The position numbers and the translations under genes were made by a program. Positions 25,526 through 35,789 of a stretch of 64,000 nt of DNA are shown here, one piece after another (within the stretch, counting starts at the first letter, position 1; the number at the start of each line of letters is the position of its first letter). The notes under the pieces are model-generated. The model did no database searches. It was given only the letters and a program-made list of their open reading frames with translations, and was not told the DNA's origin. The stretch is from Hypanus sabinus (lineage: Eukaryota): NCBI RefSeq assembly GCF_030144855.1, contig NC_082731.1, positions 23,994,001 through 24,058,000 of the forward strand, given 5' to 3'.

Positions 25526-25819
25526 AGAGACGCCATTGGTATTCAGCTTGACAGTAATAGGTGCCGCTGTCTTCCACTCGAAGATCCCTAATATTCAGCG
25601 AAAACTGCATGTCGGTTGTTTTAATCGAAGTAGAAAATCTCCCCCCGGCTGTGATCACTTTCCGTTCGGCCATTGATGGGGTCTGCCTGAAGAATCTTCC
25701 AGTAATAAAATCATATTCACCTGAATAACCAGGCTGTAAACGGCAGGTGATGGTGGCAGTCTGACACTCATTCAAGTTTATAGTACTGGGGGTCTGAGTT
25801 ACCGACTGACTCAACGAAC
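25526..25819 (-). CDS. NAR-TCR (IgNAR-like) variable exon, cassette 2, open and apparently functional
   Basis: SQSVTQTP...TITC...FFRQ...ITAGGRFSTSI...FSLNIRDLRVEDSGTYYCQAEYQWRLS; both canonical Cys present; short C'-C'' region (no CDR2) and GGRF / IRDLRVEDSGTY motifs as in IgNAR V; extra Cys in the A-B loop; followed by an RSS. Confidence 0.9.
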
Positions 25820-25957
25820 CTAGGATTAAAAGGAGGAAAGTGAGTTGAAATCAGAGACGAAACACACAACACAGTTATACCAGATGAATTCGAAAAACGC
25901 AGAATGGCTCAGACAGATTTAATGTGAACATAATGTTGATGTGTGAAACGTACTCAC

Positions 25958-26000
25958 GTCTTAAGCAGAACAAAAGTGTCACTAAAATGAAGACTCCCAT
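25958..26000 (-). CDS. Leader exon of NAR-TCR V, cassette 2 (MGVFILVTLLFCLR + phase-1 base)
   Basis: ATG at 26000-25998, 43-nt hydrophobic exon, GTGAGT donor at 25957-25952; splices in frame to the V exon acceptor at 25821-25820. Confidence 0.9.
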
Positions 26001-26029
26001 CGTCAATCCGGAAGATTTTTGAAGTGACG
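26001..26029 (-). promoter_or_regulatory. Two half-CRE (TGACG) motifs just upstream of the NAR-TCR V start codon
   Basis: CGTCA at 26001-05 and TGACG at 26025-29, conserved in cassette 1 (1556-60, 1580-84); CRE-type elements are typical of TCR V promoters; short motifs could be chance. Confidence 0.25.
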
Positions 26030-26344
26030 AGCACATGGACCATACGGCCGGCACACGTAAGGCAGAATTTGCTTCAGATTTGGACAGTGAAATTTCAACG
26101 ACAGGTTTGATGAAGGACAGTTGGTTGTTCTGATTTGTGTATTTGTTCAGGGTGAGGAAGCTCCTCCCATAACCGCCTGATGTTCAACATCTGTGACGGA
26201 GATGGCCTATCAGTGGACAAGCCTTTTTCATTCGCAAGTAAACGGACGAACTTTCAAAAAATATGCTATTATTTGCTATTTTATGATTTTCAGAGTTGTG
26301 CCCCAGACCTCCAAAGAATATTTGAATTCTTAGACCAGTTTCAA

Positions 26345-29300
26345 TTAGACGGAGCGGGCGACGTTGCAGCAAGCGACATAGTAGAGAGAAACGGAGAAGG
26401 AAGGCTTTGTCTCCAGAGACTTCGACGAGCAGAGTCTGAGGACGAGCTTGACTCCAAGTGAGGTAAGGCCGAATAAAATCCTTTAAAATTAGAACGTTTC
26501 AATACTTGAGGCAACGTATTGGTTAGGTCATGTCAGCTGAGATCGGCCCCGTGGTTTGTTCATCCTGCAGCATGTGGGAAATCAGAGGTAGTTCCATTGT
26601 TCTTGACGAACATGTGTGCAGTAAGTGTGTCCAGCTGCAGCTTCTGGCAGACCGCACTGAGCGACTCCGGCTGCGATTGGATTCATACTGGAGCATCCAC
26701 AATGCTGGGAACGTCGTGAATAGCACGTTCAGTGAGTTGGCCCCACCACAGGTAAAGGCTACACAGGCAGAAAGCGAATGGGTGGCCCCCAGACACCGTA
26801 GAAGTAGACAGGTAGTGCAGGAGTCCCCTGAGGTAATCACGCTCCTAAAAGATATACTGTCCTGGATACCGTTAGGGGAGTTTTCTCATCAGGGGAAGGC
26901 AACAGTAGCCGAGCTCATGGCACCATGGGTGGCTCTGCGGCGAAAAAGGGAAGGAAAATGAATGGAACATCTATAGTGAAAGGGGATTCCATTGTATGGG
27001 GAATTGATAGGCGTTTCTCCGGCCGCAAGCGAGACTCCGGGATGGTATGATTCCTCACTGGTGGAAGGGTCAAGGATGATTCTGAGCGGTTGCAGAACAT
27101 TCTGGAGTTAGAGTTTGAACAGCCAGTGTTCATGTTGCACATAGGTGCCAAAGAAGTAGTTAAAAAAACGCGACGAAGTCCTACAAGGTGAATTTAGGGA
27201 GTTAGGAGTTAAACTAAAAAGTAGAACCACAAAGGTAATAATATTTGGATTACTACCAGTGTCACGTGCTAATCAAAGTAGAAATAGGAGGATATTTCAC
27301 ATGAATATGTGGCTTGAAAATAGTGCACGGGGGATGGATTCAGATTTCCGGGGCATTGGAACCAGTTCTGGGGGAGGTGGGAGCGGTACAAACAGGACGG
27401 TCAGCACCTGGGCTGGTCTGGAACCAATGTCCTAGCGGAGCATTTGCTACTGCAGTTCTGGAAGAGTTACACTAATGTGACAGGGGTCGGGAACAAGTGC
27501 AGAGAGACAGAGGGGTTTAAGACGAGGGTAGAAGCAAAAGCTAGGAAAGTGAAAAGTAAATGTGGCAGACAGGCAAATCCAGGGCAAAAATCAAAAAAAC
27601 GCCTCATTTAAACTTAATTGTATAAGGGCTAAGAGTTTAGTAAAAGCAGACTGGAAGGTTTTGTGTGTCAATGCTAGGAGCCTTGGAAACAAGGTGGATG
27701 AATTGAATGTGCAGAAAGTTATTAATGAAAATGTTATAGTTGGGATCACAGAAACATGGCTCCAGGGTGACCAAGAATAGGAGTAAAACATCCAGGGATA
27801 TTGAATATTCAGGAGGGATAGACAAGAAAAAAAAGAGGTGGGGTAGCGTTGCTGGATAGAGAGGGAATTAACGGAATAGAAAGGAAGGGCATTAACCAGG
27901 AGGATGTGGAATCGATATGATTAGAGCTGCATAACACGAAGGGGGAGAAAACGCTAGTGGTGTTGTGTAAAGGCCACCTAACAGTAGTAGTGAGTTTGGG
28001 GATGGCATTAAACAGGAAATTAGAAATGCGTGCATTAAAGGAACAGTAGTTTTAATGGGTGACTTCAATCTACATTTCGGTTGGGTGAACCAAATTGGGA
28101 AGGGTCCTGAGGAAGAGGATTTTTTGGAATGCATACGGGATGGTTTTCTGAACCAACATGTCGAGGAACCAACTAGAGAGCAGGCCACTCAAGTTTGGGT
28201 CTTGAGCAATCAGGAACGGTTAGTTAGCAATCTTGTCGGTCGAGGCCCCTTTGGCAAGAGCGACCATAATATAGTGGAATTCTTCTTTATGATGGAGAGT
28301 GACGTAGTTAATTCAGAAACAAATGTTCTGAACTTAAAAAGGGCAACTTATAAAGTATGAGACGTGAATTAGCTGAGATAGACTGGCAAATGATACTGAA
28401 AGAGGTGACGGTGGATATGCAATGGCAAGCATTTAAAGATCGCATGAATGAACTACAATTCATATAGATCCCAAGCTGGCAAAAGAATTAACCAGGGAAG
28501 ATAGTGCACCGTGGCTGACAAGGGAAAATAGGGATAGTATCAATTCCAAGAAAGAAACATCCGAATTAGTCAGAAAGAGCGGCACAACTGAGAGGCTGAG
28601 AGAAATTCAGAGTCCAGCAGTGGAGGACAAAGGATTAATTACGAAAGGCGAGATAAGATTATGACAGAAATCTGGCAGGGAACATAAAAACTGACTGTAA
28701 AAGCTTTTATAGATTAGTGAAAATAAAGAAAAAAGACTGGCTAAGATGAATTTAGGTCCGTTACAGTCAGAAACAATTGAATTCATTATGGGTGAAATGG
28801 ACATGGCAGACCAATTGAATAACTACTTTGGTTCAGTCTTCAATAAGGAGGACATAAATAATCTTTAGGAAATAGTAGGGGACCGAGGGTCTAGTGAGAT
28901 GGAGTAATTGAGGGAAATGCATGTTAGTAGGGAAGTGTTTTAGGTAAATTGAAGGGATTAAAGGCAGATAAATCCCCAGGGCCAAAAGATCTGCATCCCA
29001 GAGTGCATATGGAAGTAGTCCAAGAAAGAGTGGATGCATTAGTGAGAATTTGTCAAATCTCCTTAGATTCTGGATTAGTTCCTCAGGATTGGAGGGTGGC
29101 TAATGTAACTCCACGTGTTAACGAAAGGAGGGAGAGAGAAACCGGGGAATTATAGACCGATTAGCCTAACATCGGTGGTGGGGAAAATGATATTGTCTGT
29201 TATCCAAGATGTGATAACAGCACTTTTGGAAAGAGATGAAATAATCAGACAATGTCAGCATGGATTTGTGAAATGAAAATCATGTCTGACGAATCTTACA

Positions 29301-30132
29301 GAATTTTTTGAAGATGTAACAAGTAGAGTGGTTAGGGGAGAACAAATGGATACGATATATTTGGATTTTCAAAAGGCATTTGCAAAAGTCCCTCACAGGA
29401 GATTAGCCTGCAAACTTAAAGCACACGGTATTGGGGGTATGGTACTGATGAGGATAGAGAATTATTTGGCAAACATGAAATAAAGAGTGTGAATAAACAG
29501 GAGCTTTTTAGATAGGCAGGCGGAGACTAGTGGGGTACCGCAAGGCTCATGCTGGAAACCCAGCTGTTTACAATATATAAACAATATATTTATCTCCAGG
29601 CAAATGCTATGTTGGCATTCATAGCAAGGGGATTCGAGAATAGGAGCAGGGAGGAACCACTGCATTTGTACAAGGCCGTGGTGAGATCACAGCTGGAATA
29701 TTGTGTGCAGTTTTGGTCCCCCATTTTGGTAATAGACATTCATGCCAAAGAGGGAGTACAAAGAAGGTGCACCAACTTGATTCCTGGGTTGGCAGGACTT
29801 TCATGAGAAGAAAGACTAGATCGACTAGGCTTATGCTTGTTGTAATTTAGAAGATTTTGGGGGGGATCTTATTAAAACGTATAAAATTCTAAAGGGATTG
29901 GACAGGGTAGATGCAGGAAGATTGGTTCCGATGTTGGGGGAGTCCAGAACGAGGGGTCAAAGTTTAAGTATAAAGGGGAAGCCTTTTAGGACCGAGATGA
30001 GGGAAAAACCTCTGCACACAGAGACTGGTGAACCTGTGGATCTTTTTGCCACAAGAAACAGTTGAGACCAGTTCATTGGCTATATTTAAGAGGTAGTTGG
30101 ATATGGGCATTGTGTCTAAAGGGATCGGGAGT
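26345..30132 (+). mobile_element. Near full-length degraded CR1 LINE (ORF1 zinc finger + SGNH esterase; ORF2 APE + RT with internal deletion); 3' tail displaced to 33916-34020
   Basis: CSSCSMWE...CSKCVQLQ ORF1; LCVNARSL, VGITETW, MGDFN, LKADKSPGPKDLHPRV; frameshifts and stops; 5' boundary approximate. Confidence 0.88.
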
Positions 30133-33100
30133 AAACAGACAATAGACAATAGGTGCAGAAGTAGATCATTCGGCCCTTCGAGCCTGCACCGCCATTTTGA
30201 GATCATGGCTGATCAGTTACTATCAATACCCTGTTCCTGCCTTGTCCCCATGTCCCTTGATTCCACTATCCATAAGATACCTATCTAGCTCTTCCTTGAA
30301 AGCATCCAGAGAATTGGCCTCCACGAACTACCGAGGCAGTGCATTCCAGACCCCCACAACTCTCTGGGGGAAGAAGCTTTTCCTTAACTCTGTCCTAAAT
30401 GACCTATCACTTATTCTCCAACCATGCCCTCTCGTACTGGACTCTCCCAGCATCTGAAACATATTTCCTGCCTCTATCTTGTCCAATCCGTTAATAATCG
30501 TATATGTGTCAATGAGATCCCCTCTCAATCTCCTTAATTTCAGCGTGTTCAAGCCCAGTCTCTCTAACCTTTCTGCGTAAGACCGTCCAGACATCCCAGG
30601 AATTAACCTGGTGAATCTACGCTGTAGTTCCTCTACAGCCAGGATGTCCTTCCTTAACCCTGGACACCAAAACTGTACACAATACTCCAGGTGTGGTCTC
30701 ACCAGGACTCTGTACAAATGCAAGAGGATTTCCTTGCTCTTGTACTCAATTCCATTTGTAATAAAGGCCAACATTCCATTAGCTTTCTTCACTGCCTGCC
30801 GCACTTGCTCATTCACCTTCAGTGACTGATGAACAAGGACTCCGAGATCTCTTTGTATTTCTCCCTTACCCAACTCTGCACCGTTCAGATAATAATCTGC
30901 CTTCCTGTTCTTACACTCAAAGAGGATAACCTCACATTTATTCACATTAAACGCCATCTGCCAAGTATCTGCCCACTCACCCAGCCTATCCAAGTCACGC
31001 TGAATTCTCCTAACATCCTCATCACATGTCACACTGCCACCCAGCTTAGTATCATCAGCTGGTTTGCTGATGTTATTTTTTATGCCTTCATCCAAATCGT
31101 TAACGTAAATGGTAAACAGCTGTGTTCCCAATAACGTGCCCTGTGGCACCCCACTAGTCACCACCTGCCATTCCGAGAAACACCCATTCACCGCTAACCT
31201 TTGCTTTTTATCTGCCAAGCAGTTTTCTATCCATGTCAATGCCTTCCCCCCGATGCCCTGAGCTTTCGTTTTTCTCACCATTCATATATGTGGGACCTTA
31301 TCAAATGCCTTCGGAAAGTCGAGGTACACTACATCCACTGGATCTCCCTTGTCTAACTTCCTGGTTACATCCTCGATAATCTCCAACAGATTAGGAAAGC
31401 ATGATTTACCCTTGGTAAATCCATCCTGGCTCGGCCTAATCCTATCACGGCTATCTAGATATGCCACTATATCATCCTTAATAATGGACACTAGCATTTT
31501 TCCCACCACCGATGTCAGGCTGAGAGGTCGAAAGTTCTCTATTTTCTCCCTCCCTCCGCTTTTAAAAAGTGGGATAACATTAGCCATTCTCCAATCGACA
31601 GGAACTGATCCTGAATCTAAGGAACATTGGGAAATGATTACCAATGCATCCGCAATTTCCAGGGCCACCTCCATTAGTACCCTAGGGTGCAGACCATCTG
31701 GAGCTGGGGATTTGACAGCCTTCAGTCCCATCAGTCTTCTCCAAACCGTTTCCTTCCGAATGTCAATCAGTTTCATTTCCTCTGTTACCCTAGGTCCTTG
31801 GCCCATCCGTACATCTGGGAGATTGCTTGTGTCTACCTTAGTGAAAACAGATCTAAAGTACTCATCAAATTAAATTCTTCTGCCATTTCTCTGTTTCCCA
31901 TTATAATTTCACCCAATTCATTATTCGAGGGCCCAACATTTTTCTTAACTACCTTCTTTCTCTTCACATACCTAAAAAAAGCTTTTGCTATCTTCCTTTA
32001 TATTCCTGGCGAGCTGGCGTAATTTTTTTTCTCCCCGTATTGTCATTTTAGTTAAATTCTGTTGTTCCTTAAAAACTTCCCAATCATCTGTCTTCCCACT
32101 CACCTTAGCTCTATCATATTTCTCTTTTGTTATAATGCTATGCAATCTCTGACTTCCTTTGTCAAACATTGTGGCACTTTCCCCCACCCCCCTTTGAATC
32201 CTTCCTTCTCTGGGGGATGAACTGAATTTGCACCTTGTGCATTATTCCCACGAATACTTGCCATTGTTGTTCCACTGGTTTTTCTGCTAGGCTATCAGTC
32301 CAGTCAACTTTGGCCAGCTCCTCCCTCATGGCTCCATCGTTTCCCCTGTTCATCTGCCACACTGACACCTCCGAGCTGTCCTTATCCTTCTCAAATTGCA
32401 GATAAAATCTTATCATATTGTAATCACGACCTCCGAATGGCTCCTTTCCTGCGAGATCGCTTTTCTAATCCTGTTCATCACATAACACTAAATCCAGAAT
32501 AGTCTTGTCCCTGGTTGGCTCTCGTACAAGCTGTTCCAAGAATGCATCCCGTAGGCTCTCTACAAACTCCATATCCTGTGGTCCAGCACCAACCTGATTC
32601 TCCCAGTTCACCTGCATGTTGAAATCCCCCATAACTACTGCGACATTACCATTGCCACATGCCAATGTTAACTCCCTATTTAACTTGCACCCAATATCCA
32701 TGCTACTATTTGGTGGCCTGTAGACTACACCCATTTGGGTCCTTTTGCCCTTACTGTCCCTCAGTTCTATCCACACATATTCTAATTCTCCAGACCTTAT
32801 GTCCCCCCTCGCAAAGGACTGAATCTCATTCCTCACCAATAGGGCCACCACACCCCCACTGCCCACATTTATGTCCCTACGATAGCACGTATACTCTTGT
32901 ACATTCAATTCCCATGTCTGATCTCCCTGCCGCCATGTCTCCGTTATCCCAACAACATCATAGTTACCCATTCGCACCTGGGCTTCAAGCTCATCCGCCC
33001 TATTTGTGACACTTCGTGCATTCAGATATAGAATTTCTAACCCATTTCTCCTCTCTCTGTTTGCATCGCTGCCTATTGTGTTTAACCCAACTCCCTGAAC

Positions 33101-33915
33101 TCCCATCAGGCTAGACGCCCCTAGAAATTTGTTATCCTTCCTAAATTTACTGATTCTTTCAACGCATTTAACTCCATTTTCCGTCAGACCATCCCTCTGT
33201 ACATGAGTCCTCCTTATCACTTGTTCCGCCCCACTTTCCTCTACTACACACTTAATATTCAGGAACCGTGTAGTCCCATCCTGTCATTTATTCTTCCTCT
33301 CGCTATCCTCACTCACATTCTGGATCCCCGCCCCCTGCCAATTTAGATTAACCCCCCCCCCCAAGACGCACTAGCAAATTTCCTTGCAATTATGTTAGTA
33401 CCGCTCCAGTTCAGGTGTAAACCGTCCCTTCGAAACAGATCCCACCATCCCTGGAACAAAGCCCAATTATCTACAAACCTGAAGCCCTCCATCCTGCACC
33501 ATCCTCTCAGCCACGTATTAATCTTTATAAGCCTTCTGTTCCTTGCCTCCCTCACATGGCACAGGTAGCAATCCTGAGATTGTTACCCTGGAGGACCTGC
33601 TCTTCTGCTTCGCACCTAACTCACTACGCAGGATCCCCTCACTCATCCTACCCACGTCATTGGTCCCTCCATGGACCACAACCTGCACCCGATCTGAAAT
33701 GTCTCGGTACCCGGCACCAGGGAAGCAACATACCATCCGAGACTCCCGATCTTCCCCACAAAATCTCCTCTCCGCCCCCCTGACTAGAGAATCCCCTATC
33801 ACTACCTCTCTCTTCTATTCCCTCCTCCCATTCCTAGTCAAGGTTCCAACCTCAGTGCCAGAAACAGGACCACTGCAGCTTGTTCCTGGTAGGTCATCCC
33901 CACAAATAGTATCCA
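30133..33915 (-). mobile_element. CR1 LINE (esterase to 3' end) nested in the 3' UTR of the preceding CR1
   Basis: IGDSLVRG esterase, LYLNARSV / VGITETW / GDFN endonuclease, 317-aa RT fragment with GVPQG and ADDTKL; terminal ATTGTCT repeats. Confidence 0.92.
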
Positions 33916-34020
33916 AAACGGTACATGGTTTTGAGTTGGATGATCAGCATTGGTCATACTGAAAGGCGGTGCAGTCTCGAAGGGCCGAATGGCCTACTCC
34001 AGCATCTATTTTCTATGTTT
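33916..34020 (+). mobile_element. 3' UTR remnant of the 26345-30132 CR1
   Basis: GAGTTGGATGATCAGC...GGGCCGAATGGCCTACTCC...TATTTTCTATGTTT CR1 tail resumes after the nested insertion. Confidence 0.7.
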
Positions 34021-34484
34021 AAATGTTTCGGAACTGAACGATCAAGGTGATATTCCAAATCGGAGTGATGAGAAGTTAGGGAAAGAGGCGCAGTGGCTCT
34101 GCTTGTAAAGAACCGAAACAAATAAATAAAAAAATGAAATAGAATAAAAAAAATCTTCTCTTCGGTTGAGCTGATAAACATCAGATGTGAAAGTACCCTG
34201 TTGGCAGTTATATGCAGGAATCCCAACTGTAGCTGGTATGTGCACCACAGATAGAAACGGGAAGCAGACATGTCATGTCGGAAGGGCAATGTTATCATAA
34301 TCATGGGAGAATTTAACATATTAATTGATCGGGAAAAACAGGTTGGTCATTGATCGCAAAACAGTGAGCTTTTTGAATGCCTACGAGATAGCTCTTTAGA
34401 GTACTTTGACTTTGAGCCTACTACGGGGTCAGCTATACAGGATGTTGTATGACGTACAGATACGGAGGGCATTAAGGACATTAA

Positions 34485-35365
34485 ATTATAGCTATGCCAC
34501 ATAACCACATGACAATTACAACACAGTAAAAAGCTATCTCTGCCCTACTACTCCGTGCCTAACGCTGACTCCCACCTAGTCCCACCTACCTGCACTCAGC
34601 CCTTAATCCTCAATTCTTTTCCTGCACATATACTTGTCCATTTTGTTTTGTTAAATGCCAAAATCGCACCTACATCTACCACTTCTCCTGGGAGGTCGTT
34701 CTACACAGCTACCACTCTCTGAGTAAAGAAGTTCCCCCTCGTGTTACCCCTAAACTTTTGTCCTTTTACTCTCAGCTCATATCCTCTTTTTGTATCACCC
34801 CTGCTCTAAATTGAAAAAGCTTATCCACGTCAACTCTATCTATCCCACTCATAATTTTAAATACCTCTATTAAGTCCAGTTCTCAAACGCTCCAAAGAAT
34901 AAAGACCTAACTTGTTCAACTTTTCTCTGTAACTTAAGTGCAGAAACCCAAGCAACATTCTGGTAAATCTCCTCTGTACTCTCCCTATTTTGTTGATATA
35001 CTTTCTATAATTCAGTGACCAAAACTGTATACAATACTGCAAACCTGTTTTCACCAATGCCTTGTACAATTTTAACATTGCAACCCAACTCCTGTACTCA
35101 ATGCTGTTCTTTATTAAGGCCATCATACCAAAAACTTTCTTAACCACCCTATGCACATGGCATTCCACCTTCAGGGAACTATGCACCATTATTCCCAGCT
35201 CACTGTGTTCTACTCCATTCCCCAGAGCCTTACCATTTACCATGTAAGTCCTATTCTGATTAATCCGACCAAAATTAGTACCTCGTACATATCTAGCATT
35301 AAATTCCATCTGCCATCGTTTAGCCCACTCCACTAATTGGCCTAAATCTCTCTGCAAGCTTAAAA
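34485..35365 (-). mobile_element. CR1 LINE 3' fragment
   Basis: MQRDLGQLVEWAKRWQMEFN...KLYKALVK...CIQFWS; same subfamily as 12.3-14.4 kb and 39.3-42.7 kb. Confidence 0.85.
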
Positions 35366-35789
35366 TAGCTGTTAAAAGGAAGTTATCACAATATAATTGA
35401 GTTCAATGTGAAATTTGAAAGTGTGAACTTAACGTCTGAGGTAGCAACGGTTCAGTGGATAAAATGAAATTACATGACACGACAAAGGTGCTGGTCAAAA
35501 CTGGAAGGAGTTGCTGGCTGGACAACTGCAGGAGGCAAAGGCGTGTGATTCTGGGAAGAATGAGTAATGTTCAGGATAGATACATTCCAAAAACGACTTG
35601 CTGAAACTGCAGAATATTGGAACCGTGACTGACAATGGAAGTCAAAGCTCATGTAAAATCGAAAGAGAGAGCAGGCATCAAAGCAAAAAAAATAGCGGGA
35701 AGGTAGGAAATTTAATATGATGATTATTAGAGAAGACATGAAATCTGATTTCAATCTAACAAACAGTTTCAAATGTGATAGTATATTTC

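Larger units (their letters stand above)
24421..26637. repeat. Segmental duplication copy 2 (paralogue of 1-2127)
   Basis: Same alignment; offset 24,420 at the left end. Confidence 0.95.
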
